Part shown: positions 46,824 to 55,939 of the stretch, piece after piece
Numbering within the stretch: position 1 is the first letter of the stretch
Layout of the letters: each line of letters begins with the position of its first letter
DNA from: a virus
Strand: one strand, 5' to 3'
DNA length: 64,000 nt
Virus record (IMG/VR): IMGVR_UViG_3300044546_000330
Span: 1-64,000 of that record
The notes under the pieces: generated by a model
Told to the model about the DNA's origin: nothing
Seen by the model: the letters and a program-made list of their open reading frames with translations, nothing else
The model's database searches: none
Made by a program: the position numbers and the translations under genes

Positions 46824-49800
46824 TTAGCACCGTTTAAATGGATTGAAACCTTCAGGCGGGTGTGTAACTTGAATACGTCTAAAGTAATCAAACATTTCCT
46901 GGGGTGTAATACCATTCCTTTCGGATTGTGGTGTAAAGTTATACATCTCTGTTAAACTCTCCAAAGAAACTGCAGGAACCTTTTGAGTACCTACAGTTTT
47001 AGTACTAGTTTTAGGCATTTCGACAGACGGTGACATGCTCCCAACGTCTAATCCTAACCCTGCGCCAAACCCGCCCTCTACATCAACTGCTTCATCTTCT
47101 ACAGTTGTTGGCGTGTTAGCTACTTCTCCATCAGGGATAACAGTACTTGGTCGATTGTTTAACGCAAGTATAGGATCAGTGTCGTACTCTATTATAGGGT
47201 TGGCCCCGTAATAGAACTCTTTGTGAGTTTTACCGTTGGCGTCAGTAACATCTACTCCACCGTCTATGTAGTTAATTGGTACAATAGGACTTACAAGATG
47301 AGTACTTATAAAGTCGTTGTAAGAAGAGTGCTTAATAGCTCTCCACTTAGTTCCGTCGTATATGAACTCGTTTATTTCTGAAGGGTCGTTAAGCCCAATC
47401 ATCTGTCTTACAGGGGAAGTAAATGCTACACCTCTATACCTGTTGTCGAATAACGTAGCTACTGCTTTTTTAGAATCTCTAGTTAGTTTACCCGTGGCAT
47501 CTACAGCCATTGTCCAACTTTGAGTACCGGCGTCATCTGTGTAAGAGATTACTATGTTTTCACCTACAGAACGTAACTGCAGTCCTTCACCTACTTCAGT
47601 ACTAAAGTAAGTGTAATACTGACTTACAAAGTTTCTTAATCCGTCTTTAGTAAGTTTCCCGTTAGTGTCAGTTAGGAAGTTAAACCCTAATGCTTTAAGG
47701 GCTTTCATCTCTGCTTCATCATGCTGTAAGTAAAGTTCTAGTACTCTATTAAAAGTTTGAAAGGAAGTATCATCTGATTTACTTGATAGCTTGCTTCCTT
47801 TTAAAGGAACAAGAGTTCTAGCGCCGTTAGCCATTCTTACTAAAGCCACTACTCTACCGTCTAGATTTTCTATACCCTCTTGGTCTATACTGTTTAGCAT
47901 GCCTGGTAAATTCTCAACACCAATTAAACTTTTACCTCTTACTAAGACCATAGGAACTTGTGAAACTTTTCTAGACCCTTGAACTACATTACTTTCCTTG
48001 AGTACTATAGAAGCTTTAATCCCGTTGTTAGGAGCGTAAACGTACTTACCCGGTCCTTTAGTTTTAACTTTTGTTTTAGTTTCAGTCTCTCCTCTGTTGT
48101 GCGCTTTAGCTAATGCCATTCTATAGGAGAACATATCAGCGGATTGTTTTGCTACGTTGTTCTCTTCTTTGATATTACCTTCTGCGTCCCGTAGTACGTT
48201 TACAGTGTTGTACCAAGCATCTTCTAAAGGCTTGCCATCAGCGTCCACTGCTAAAGGATCTTTTCTTTCTATCCAGTTTACAGTGTGCAACCATTGCGGA
48301 GTTTCTCCATCTGCAGTGACTATCTTTATAGGCATATTACCTATAGCTTCAGGGTTGTCAGTGTCAATAGTACCGTCAGGTCTTAGGTAAGACTTTACCT
48401 CTCCTTTACTTGTTAAGTAATGTCCGGCCGGTATATCCACTTGCTGTATTGCAGAAGGTTTAAGACTGCCTGTTTTGGCATCAACTATCTGAGGAGTATA
48501 CTGTACTGTGCCACTGTAGGTTAAGTCAATACTAATAGTTACTGGAGTATTGGCAGTAAGTTGGTCATGTTGTACTACTTTCTTGCTAGCAGTCTCTTCC
48601 CAAAGAGAAGTACTTTCTCTTCGTACTTTGTTATCTGCCCATCTTTTCTCAAAGAAAACTGTGGACCGCGATGCTCCAGAGGAAGCTGAGTTTACTTGCT
48701 TAAATCCTTCCACTCCACCTTTCTCATCCGGGTCTTCTATAGTAGTAGCTGATAAGTCAGGTTCTAAAAAGTTGTCAGGGCTTTGCGCCATTATTGTAGC
48801 GGCAAAGTCTAGAGGTTCAGGTATATTCTGTATGGCCTCTTCGCCCTCTTCAATAGTTTCTGCTAGTTCTGTAAGAACCACACCTTGTGCTTCTAGCATA
48901 GCTTTTACAGCAGTCATTAGTTTAGCACTGTCATCTGAGGACAAGTTTATGCCATCTCTGGTAAACGCTCCTAGTGAAAACTCTTTTGTAGTTCTTACTT
49001 CTTCCACAACAACTAGTATCTCAGCCTGCTTTGCTGGGTACTTCTGTAGCTCAGCTATAAAGCCTTGTATAGCAATCTCTAGTTTAGACGGGCCAGTAGG
49101 TGTTACAGGTGGAGCTAATGGCGCCGGGGTATGAGGCATAGTAGTAGAGTTCTCAAGTCTGTATATGTACTCTGTGTACGTATTTATTTGCTTCGTTAAG
49201 AAGTCTGCCTCTGCTTTTAACTTGGCAACACTTTTCATCAAGTCTTGTACCTCTCCTACAGGGTCTGCACTGTTGAGCTTTATAACCCCTATCAACTGGC
49301 TCAGTTGGTTTAACTCGTCGTGTATTTTACCCAGTCTAGTAGCTAACTTTGTTGACTCAGCTGTAAACTTTCTTTGCAATCTTTCTCGTACAGTTTTATT
49401 GTACTTCTGTATCTGAGATTCATTATCCAGTACTTCTTTGACGTTTCTATTAGCCGAGTCTCTTTGCTTCTTTAACTTCTCTCCTAACTTATCATAGAAC
49501 TTTGTTGTGTTCTTCATGATAGTTGACAAGGTAGCAGACTTGGTAATAGTCTCGTGCACTCCTTTAAGTATGTCAAGTCTGTTCTCTTCGTCAGAGATAT
49601 GTTCTACAAGCGCCTTTTGGTACAAAGAGTCTTGTTGCTTTTCCATCAGTTCTTTAAAGTAATCTTCAGTTTTACCCTCTGGATTCTTTTCCGACCAGGC
49701 AGCGAATTCCTCAGTTCCTAAGTTCTGCTTTTGAAGTTCTTCGTACTCTGCATTGTCCTTATCTATTTTTTCTTTTACAGCTTTGGTAAGTCTCTCACTA

Positions 49801-52088
49801 ATCTCTTTAGGAGTTTCTCCTTCCATAGATACTACGCCAAAGTAATCCAAAGCTTTCTCTAATGCTAGGTTGTTCTCGGGAGTCTGGGGCAAGTTAGCCA
49901 GTCTATTGATTTCGTCTATAGTGGCTAAGTTTTTTCTACTACGAATAGAGTTCTGTCTTGTCTTTCTAGCCCAGTCTCTTGCTGCTCTAGCGGCTATAGC
50001 CCTTTCATCTAGTACTCCATTACCGTCCAAAGGCATGTCAAACTTTTCTAACTCTGCTTTAGAAGATTCTATTCTACTCTTTGTAAGATGCATGTCTGCT
50101 AAAGTCTGGAAGATAAAGTCTGCTACGTGCCCTTGCTCAGGACTAGACCAGTCTTTGTCAACTCCGTACTTTTTAAATACTTCTTCGTGTAGTATCTTTA
50201 GAGCGCCTAAGTCTTTTACAGCTTTCTCTGCTTTTTCAATGAAACGATTATCCCCCGGCTTGGTAGCAAACCCTACTTTCATAGCAGCAGTTTGGTTCTT
50301 AGTAAGTAGTAAATTGCTTTGTGCTTTTGCTATAGCCTCTTCTATTGGAGCAGTGTCTTCTCCTTTGCCCTGCGCTTCTGTTAACTGTTGGCCAAGTTGG
50401 TCTAAGGTTTCTTGTACTTCCTGAGTGTCTGTCTTAGTATTGTCTAAACCGGCTATCGATCGATACGTTTCTTTCATGTGTTCAGCCATACCAAGTTGAA
50501 CACTTCTCATGTTCATAAGGTCGAACATACTATGTCTAAGGTTCTCAGCTTTAGCAAGGTCTCCACTTTTCATTGCCTCTACAATCTCTTCTTGAGTACT
50601 TTGTAAATGCTCTGCATCTGCAATCATCCGTTCTTTAATGTTATTAAACATTACACCAGTTTGGATTCTATTCTTCTTTGCAGAGGTTACTCTTTTGCCA
50701 TTCTCATAGTAGTTAACTGCGGCGTCTCTGTCGTTACTAACAGGTTTGCCATCCTTATCAACTCTTTCGCCTGTAATGGCATCAGTGGCCATCCCCATGG
50801 CTACCTTGTGAATAGGTAAACCTGCTGCTACGGTATTCTGTACTGGCCCAGCTATGGCGCCCATTACAAAGTTAAGAGCTCCTTCTTCGTTAAAAGTAGT
50901 ATCATAGTAGTCTGACAACAGGCTTAACTGTTCTGCAAAACCGTGAACCTGTCCTTTCTTCCCTTCGTTAGTTGCAGAAGCTTGGGCCCATTGGTTTGTC
51001 AATTCTTCGAAACCTTCCCCTACGGCTTCGCGAGTTGCAGTAGCTACCTTCTTTCCAGTAGTAAGCAAGTTATGATCAAGACCAAGTTCCTTAGTGTATT
51101 TCTTAGGATCCATCTCTTTCAACCTTGTAATGTACTTACCTAAGCCTTCTACAGTACCTTCCCCAACCTCTTGTTTCATCAAAGTATGTGCGGCTTCTAT
51201 GACTGCATCTTTTTCATGATCGAAGAACATTCCTACTCCGCCAACTAAGTTGAGTCCTGTAGCTACCATAGTGTTAAGTTGTACACCTGAAGCTGCTGAT
51301 TGGGAAGCTATATGTTTAGCCTCTTCTTCACTCTTTCCTTGTTTGAGTTGTGCAGTGTACACATCGTTGTAGATCTGTCTGCCAAACTGTGCTGCTTCTT
51401 CGTAGGCTAACATACCTGCAGTAAGAGTTTTCTCTCCTGCGTTAACAAACTTTGTAGCAGTTGCTACGTCAGACAGTCCGCTGACCATACTTCCTACCCT
51501 TCTACCTGCTCCTGTAAGTTTACCAATGGCCCCTAGTCCCTTTGCTATTCCTGCACCGCCCACAGCAAATCCTATTACAGAAGCTGCTACGCCAGAACCA
51601 TTCTGTAACCAGAAAGATAAGTCTCCTGCATCTCCCCAAGTACCTGTCGAACGCCTGTACAAAGGAAAGTTTTTATCAGTCCACTCATTGGCTTTGTCTG
51701 CTGCGTCTGTAAAGATGTTTTGATAGTCTCTATTGTCCCCAAACCCTTCAGTAAGTAAAGACGTAAGACCTCCTGCCATATCGATTAACTGTGTTCCAGC
51801 TTTAACGCCTGTCTGTACTACAGCATTTCCCCACTTGTCTAAAGCAGACTGAGCTTCTCCCCTTTGCAGGTCAGGGTCACCCTTAGACTCATAGAGTCCC
51901 TCAGTTAAGTACCCTGTATATTCGTCTGGGTTATAACTAGAAGCTTTAGGCCCATAGTTACTAATATCAGACGGCAAGAACGACATGAGGTCTTCATGAG
52001 TTCTTGGCCCTGTTGGTTTAATCGGCGGGGTTTGTTGGTCGTCTGCGCCTAAGCCCCTGTCATAGGTGTCTGTAAGATCTATTGCCAT
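46824..52088 (-). CDS. large virion cargo/ejection protein
   Basis: 1754 aa; G/A-rich hydrophobic N-terminal helices, EGFEELTN motif, coiled coils; syntenic with the RNAP as in crAss-like phages. Confidence 0.75.
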   Translation of the reverse strand: MAIDLTDTYDRGLGADDQQTPPIKPTGPRTHEDLMSFLPSDISNYGPKASSYNPDEYTGYLTEGLYESKGDPDLQRGEAQSALDKWGNAVVQTGVKAGTQLIDMAGGLTSLLTEGFGDNRDYQNIFTDAADKANEWTDKNFPLYRRSTGTWGDAGDLSFWLQNGSGVAASVIGFAVGGAGIAKGLGAIGKLTGAGRRVGSMVSGLSDVATATKFVNAGEKTLTAGMLAYEEAAQFGRQIYNDVYTAQLKQGKSEEEAKHIASQSAASGVQLNTMVATGLNLVGGVGMFFDHEKDAVIEAAHTLMKQEVGEGTVEGLGKYITRLKEMDPKKYTKELGLDHNLLTTGKKVATATREAVGEGFEELTNQWAQASATNEGKKGQVHGFAEQLSLLSDYYDTTFNEEGALNFVMGAIAGPVQNTVAAGLPIHKVAMGMATDAITGERVDKDGKPVSNDRDAAVNYYENGKRVTSAKKNRIQTGVMFNNIKERMIADAEHLQSTQEEIVEAMKSGDLAKAENLRHSMFDLMNMRSVQLGMAEHMKETYRSIAGLDNTKTDTQEVQETLDQLGQQLTEAQGKGEDTAPIEEAIAKAQSNLLLTKNQTAAMKVGFATKPGDNRFIEKAEKAVKDLGALKILHEEVFKKYGVDKDWSSPEQGHVADFIFQTLADMHLTKSRIESSKAELEKFDMPLDGNGVLDERAIAARAARDWARKTRQNSIRSRKNLATIDEINRLANLPQTPENNLALEKALDYFGVVSMEGETPKEISERLTKAVKEKIDKDNAEYEELQKQNLGTEEFAAWSEKNPEGKTEDYFKELMEKQQDSLYQKALVEHISDEENRLDILKGVHETITKSATLSTIMKNTTKFYDKLGEKLKKQRDSANRNVKEVLDNESQIQKYNKTVRERLQRKFTAESTKLATRLGKIHDELNQLSQLIGVIKLNSADPVGEVQDLMKSVAKLKAEADFLTKQINTYTEYIYRLENSTTMPHTPAPLAPPVTPTGPSKLEIAIQGFIAELQKYPAKQAEILVVVEEVRTTKEFSLGAFTRDGINLSSDDSAKLMTAVKAMLEAQGVVLTELAETIEEGEEAIQNIPEPLDFAATIMAQSPDNFLEPDLSATTIEDPDEKGGVEGFKQVNSASSGASRSTVFFEKRWADNKVRRESTSLWEETASKKVVQHDQLTANTPVTISIDLTYSGTVQYTPQIVDAKTGSLKPSAIQQVDIPAGHYLTSKGEVKSYLRPDGTIDTDNPEAIGNMPIKIVTADGETPQWLHTVNWIERKDPLAVDADGKPLEDAWYNTVNVLRDAEGNIKEENNVAKQSADMFSYRMALAKAHNRGETETKTKVKTKGPGKYVYAPNNGIKASIVLKESNVVQGSRKVSQVPMVLVRGKSLIGVENLPGMLNSIDQEGIENLDGRVVALVRMANGARTLVPLKGSKLSSKSDDTSFQTFNRVLELYLQHDEAEMKALKALGFNFLTDTNGKLTKDGLRNFVSQYYTYFSTEVGEGLQLRSVGENIVISYTDDAGTQSWTMAVDATGKLTRDSKKAVATLFDNRYRGVAFTSPVRQMIGLNDPSEINEFIYDGTKWRAIKHSSYNDFISTHLVSPIVPINYIDGGVDVTDANGKTHKEFYYGANPIIEYDTDPILALNNRPSTVIPDGEVANTPTTVEDEAVDVEGGFGAGLGLDVGSMSPSVEMPKTSTKTVGTQKVPAVSLESLTEMYNFTPQSERNGITPQEMFDYFRRIQVTHPPEGFNPFKRC

Positions 52089-52090
52089 AC

Positions 52091-54523
52091 TTAGTTTCTT
52101 TGAGCGTAATGATAATAAGTGATAGCTGCGTTAAGAGTTAACCCACTATGTAATGCTTCCTTTTTACCGTTTGGTAAAGTTTGGTATATAGTGTAAGTAC
52201 CGTTTTTAGGGTGCTGTAGCAGAGAGATTGCGTTACCCTCTTTTGTTGTAAACGGAGTATTGTCGCCGCTAGTTATTGGTATAAAGTCAAAACTGCTTCT
52301 TAATTTGTTTAAGTACTGAGGGTATAAGTTTGCACCTTCATGGTCGCCAGTACTTCGGTCTCTACTTGGTGCTAAGATATCAGACATAACACGTAAGTCT
52401 TGATCACTAGACGCGTCCAAAAGTTGAGCTACTCTTTTTCTTGTGTTAGAGTTATTTAAGTCTACAAAAAACTCTCCTTGCGGCGTTCTTATTCTACCAT
52501 AGTTTAACTCTGGAATGTACCCAGTTACTGTTACTTTAGTTTGATCTTCTAAAGCAGCGTTCACTTGCGCAGGCTCAGCAGCTTTCATAGTAGTTGGGTC
52601 TATCAGTTGTTCTGTGTTAGCAAAGCTTCCTATAGCATCTCTTACGTCTTTATACTTTTCTCCAGTAAGAGTATAGTTAGACGCACGTATTGACGGCGTA
52701 GGCATTTTTTCTACTTCTTTAACTACTTTTTTGTAAACAGGTGTTTCTGAAGATCTTGCTACTGTAGTTAAAGTTTCATACAGGTTTTTAGATATAGTTT
52801 TAGGTCCGTCAGCTGTATTTAAGGTAACCATTTGTTCACTAGCCATCATACCTTCTTTTGCTAGTCTTCTAACAGCTAAAGTTGAAGAAAGTGCGCCCAT
52901 ACCTGGTGTGTTAGCTACTGCTTTTTCAAGGTTACGAGTACTTTTTATAGGCGGGTCTGTTGTTGATTTTTTGTCTATTATTGCGTTAAATACAGAGTTC
53001 CTATCTTTTGTGGATAAAGTTTGTAATTCATTCATTACTATAGGAGTCATAGCACCAATGTGTACCCCTGTGCCAGTTAGTTTACTGTTTGCTCCAGAGA
53101 CTGCATTTTCCAGATCATCAAAAGTTTTTCTTTGTAACTCCCTATTATCTTTCTTTACTTCTTTCCAGTCTATGTGTCGAGTTACTTTCTTACCATCTTT
53201 TACCTCAGTTTTAACTGCTGTAGGTTCATCTATAGTTGCGTCTTCGTATTGTACTTGACGTTGGTTTTGGAAGTCAGTCTTTTTGAACTGGTTCATATTC
53301 AATTCTGCTGTAGCGTTTGCTAAGTCTTCTTGGGCAACCGCTCTTTCTCTTTCGTTTACAGCAGTGTTAGCTGGGTCAAGTTTCTTATTAATATTAGCTA
53401 TTCTAGCGTTTATCTCGTTCTCTTTAGTTACGTAATCTTTGTAGGCTACATGCTCATCTGGTAGGTTTAATGTTAAACCTTGTGAACTTGGTATCCAGCC
53501 TTCCGGAGTCTTAGAGCCCTTAGGGCCTGTAGTAGTCTCCTTAGGAATACCTCTATCAGTAACTTGTTCAGAATGAGTAATATCGAAGTAAGATGCGGCA
53601 TCTGCAAAAGTACCAAGTGAACGGTATGTATCGTTCCTGTGTAAAACCGTGTTAACTTCTTCTACAGCTTCTTTTGCTGAGTAGTTGTTTTCTTTTACCA
53701 ACTTTAAAGCAGCTTGACCTACTTGACTAGCTGGGTCTGCTATAACCTTTTGGGCCATCTCTTCAGTGATGTTATTTTGGTAAGTACTTGTTCTAGCATC
53801 TTGGTCTATAGAAGCTTTCCATTCAGGGTCAGATTCTATAGCGGCGGCCAAAGCTTGTTGAATTCTTTCTTTAGATAATCCTTTCCAACCATTTCCAGTC
53901 CTTACACTTTCCAACATATTAGCAGCGGCTTCTGCTCTACCAACTTCTGTAGTTATAGTACTGTCTCCTTCCGGCACTAAACCTTCTAAAGCTCTTTTAG
54001 CCCTAGCTATGTTGTCTACTTGTTTAGTTGGTTTTACAGAATACCCATAACTGTTTACGGGTCTGTTGTACTCATCAAACGTAGTACCTTTAAAGTTTTC
54101 ATCTGCTTTGCCGAGTATATAATCTTTTGTAGCAGGGTTTAAGTATCCGTACTTTTCTCTGTCGTCTAAGTCTTTTTTTATTATCTCTCTCTTCTTAGTG
54201 TTGTTGGCAAGTGCTACCATCTTTACACCAGTTTTAGAAGCTGTACGATATAAGTCAGGCAAAGCATTTTCAAGGTCACCTCTTGTGGCCCACTCATTTA
54301 TCTTTCCAGTAGCCTCATTGCTTATTTGCTCCCAAGCTGCTTGATCTTGTGGCAGTATTTCTGCAGTACCTAGTTTCTCTTGAGTACCTAACATAAGGTC
54401 TTGAGCTTTGTAATATCTGTCCTCCGCTGAAGCTTTTACTTCTTTTAACTCGGGGGCCATAGTACCGGCAAAGTCTTTAGTCTTAGTTGAGTTGGCTAGT
54501 TGCCAGTTATCGTATAGTCCCAT
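52091..54523 (-). CDS. virion cargo/ejection protein
   Basis: 810 aa helical protein in the cargo cluster. Confidence 0.65.
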   Translation of the reverse strand: MGLYDNWQLANSTKTKDFAGTMAPELKEVKASAEDRYYKAQDLMLGTQEKLGTAEILPQDQAAWEQISNEATGKINEWATRGDLENALPDLYRTASKTGVKMVALANNTKKREIIKKDLDDREKYGYLNPATKDYILGKADENFKGTTFDEYNRPVNSYGYSVKPTKQVDNIARAKRALEGLVPEGDSTITTEVGRAEAAANMLESVRTGNGWKGLSKERIQQALAAAIESDPEWKASIDQDARTSTYQNNITEEMAQKVIADPASQVGQAALKLVKENNYSAKEAVEEVNTVLHRNDTYRSLGTFADAASYFDITHSEQVTDRGIPKETTTGPKGSKTPEGWIPSSQGLTLNLPDEHVAYKDYVTKENEINARIANINKKLDPANTAVNERERAVAQEDLANATAELNMNQFKKTDFQNQRQVQYEDATIDEPTAVKTEVKDGKKVTRHIDWKEVKKDNRELQRKTFDDLENAVSGANSKLTGTGVHIGAMTPIVMNELQTLSTKDRNSVFNAIIDKKSTTDPPIKSTRNLEKAVANTPGMGALSSTLAVRRLAKEGMMASEQMVTLNTADGPKTISKNLYETLTTVARSSETPVYKKVVKEVEKMPTPSIRASNYTLTGEKYKDVRDAIGSFANTEQLIDPTTMKAAEPAQVNAALEDQTKVTVTGYIPELNYGRIRTPQGEFFVDLNNSNTRKRVAQLLDASSDQDLRVMSDILAPSRDRSTGDHEGANLYPQYLNKLRSSFDFIPITSGDNTPFTTKEGNAISLLQHPKNGTYTIYQTLPNGKKEALHSGLTLNAAITYYHYAQRN

Positions 54524-54528
54524 TATTA

Positions 54529-55938
54529 CTAGTATTTAATGTTTATAGGTTTCATGTTCTTTACCATTCTCCCAGCAGTGTAAAGTTTACCGCCCATAGC
54601 TTTTATAGTTACGCCGTTTGCATCTACCTTAGGCTGGTCTTGTTCTTTCTCGTACTTGTCAGCAAGTCTTTTAAAGTACCCAGTAGGATCGTTCATGTAC
54701 ATTAACTTCATCTTTCTATCCTCTAAGTCGTTTTGAGACTGAGTGTTTTGCTGAGCTATGAACTTGTCTGACGCGTTAGCTAAGTTAGCTGCTTGTTGCT
54801 GAGTTATAGCGTTTGTACGTTCTGCCTCTAACATTCTTGTAGCGTATAGCTTGTCATTGTTTCTACTGTTTATAGCAGCGTTAGCAGTAGTTTGGGCGTT
54901 TCCTATTTCTACGTTCTTGTTAGTCTCTATTTCGTTTATCTTGTTCATAAACTGAAACTTCTGAGCTTTACTTGCCATGTTAGCCCTTACCGCGGTGTTA
55001 GCATCAAGTGTAGCATTATTGTTTAGTACTGCGTTACGGTAGTCACTCTGTACAGCGTTACGCTCTGAGTCTAAGCTTACTCGGCCGAACTGCGTTGGCG
55101 CGTCCATTACTGGTTGTGGTACACCAGCAGGACGTAAGTTCATGTTTGCAATGTTAGACATGTAGGGCATAGTTGAACTTGCTATACTTTGAAACTTGCT
55201 TGGTCTGCTCTCTAAAGACTTCCAGCCATCAGGCTTTCCTTGAGTTTGAGTAATAGGGGTTCCAACTACAGGCTTTTGACCTGAGGTTGTAGCAACTGTT
55301 GCATCTTCTTTCTTTGGCGGTACATAGTTAGTTACTGGAGTCAACGTGATAGGGTCGTTATTAGGTAAAGCTCTCCCGGCATTACCAGCTGTAGAAGCAG
55401 CTGTGTAAGTTGTAGACTTAGCGGGAGTTGTAGCAGTAGTTGTAGACGTTGGGGTTAAACCCATTCCCTTAGCAACTTTATCTGCGTAGGCGCCAACTGT
55501 TATCTTGTTACCAGACTTTGGTTTAGGAACTACGTTCTCAAAGTGACTTACGTTACCTGTGTACCAACCTTTGGTTAACATTCTTGCACGGTCAACGTCT
55601 GACGCGTCTGCTGGTATTTTTTTGTCTAACATAAGTAGACCGTGTCTTGCTACAGTTCGTTCAAACTTTGGGTCATTTTGAAATCTGGATACCGCATCGT
55701 TGTAAGATTTTTGAGTCTTTGCAAGCCCCATGTCTCTGAGTATACGATTTCTAGTTCTGTCAGTTATCTGCCATCTACCACTAGCAGTATTGACTGGCTG
55801 ACCTGGTGCAGCTTTAATCCTAGTACGCTTACCAGTAATGCCGCCTTCAAATCCAGGCTTAGCCATCTGGTCTAACCATCTGTCGTAAATGTCTGGTCCA
55901 GTTTGTTCTTTTACTTCGCCGTCTCCTTTTATTGCCAT
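54529..55938 (-). CDS. virion cargo protein with putative N-terminal lysozyme-like domain
   Basis: E..G...TASGRWQIT resembles the lysozyme/transglycosylase AxGxYQ motif; T/A-rich linker; N/Q-rich C-terminus. Confidence 0.6.
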   Translation of the reverse strand: MAIKGDGEVKEQTGPDIYDRWLDQMAKPGFEGGITGKRTRIKAAPGQPVNTASGRWQITDRTRNRILRDMGLAKTQKSYNDAVSRFQNDPKFERTVARHGLLMLDKKIPADASDVDRARMLTKGWYTGNVSHFENVVPKPKSGNKITVGAYADKVAKGMGLTPTSTTTATTPAKSTTYTAASTAGNAGRALPNNDPITLTPVTNYVPPKKEDATVATTSGQKPVVGTPITQTQGKPDGWKSLESRPSKFQSIASSTMPYMSNIANMNLRPAGVPQPVMDAPTQFGRVSLDSERNAVQSDYRNAVLNNNATLDANTAVRANMASKAQKFQFMNKINEIETNKNVEIGNAQTTANAAINSRNNDKLYATRMLEAERTNAITQQQAANLANASDKFIAQQNTQSQNDLEDRKMKLMYMNDPTGYFKRLADKYEKEQDQPKVDANGVTIKAMGGKLYTAGRMVKNMKPINIKY

Positions 55939-55939
55939 G

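Noticed and set aside
53009-53017. DnaA box TGTGGATAA
   Set aside because: Single copy inside a coding region, no cluster; expected by chance.
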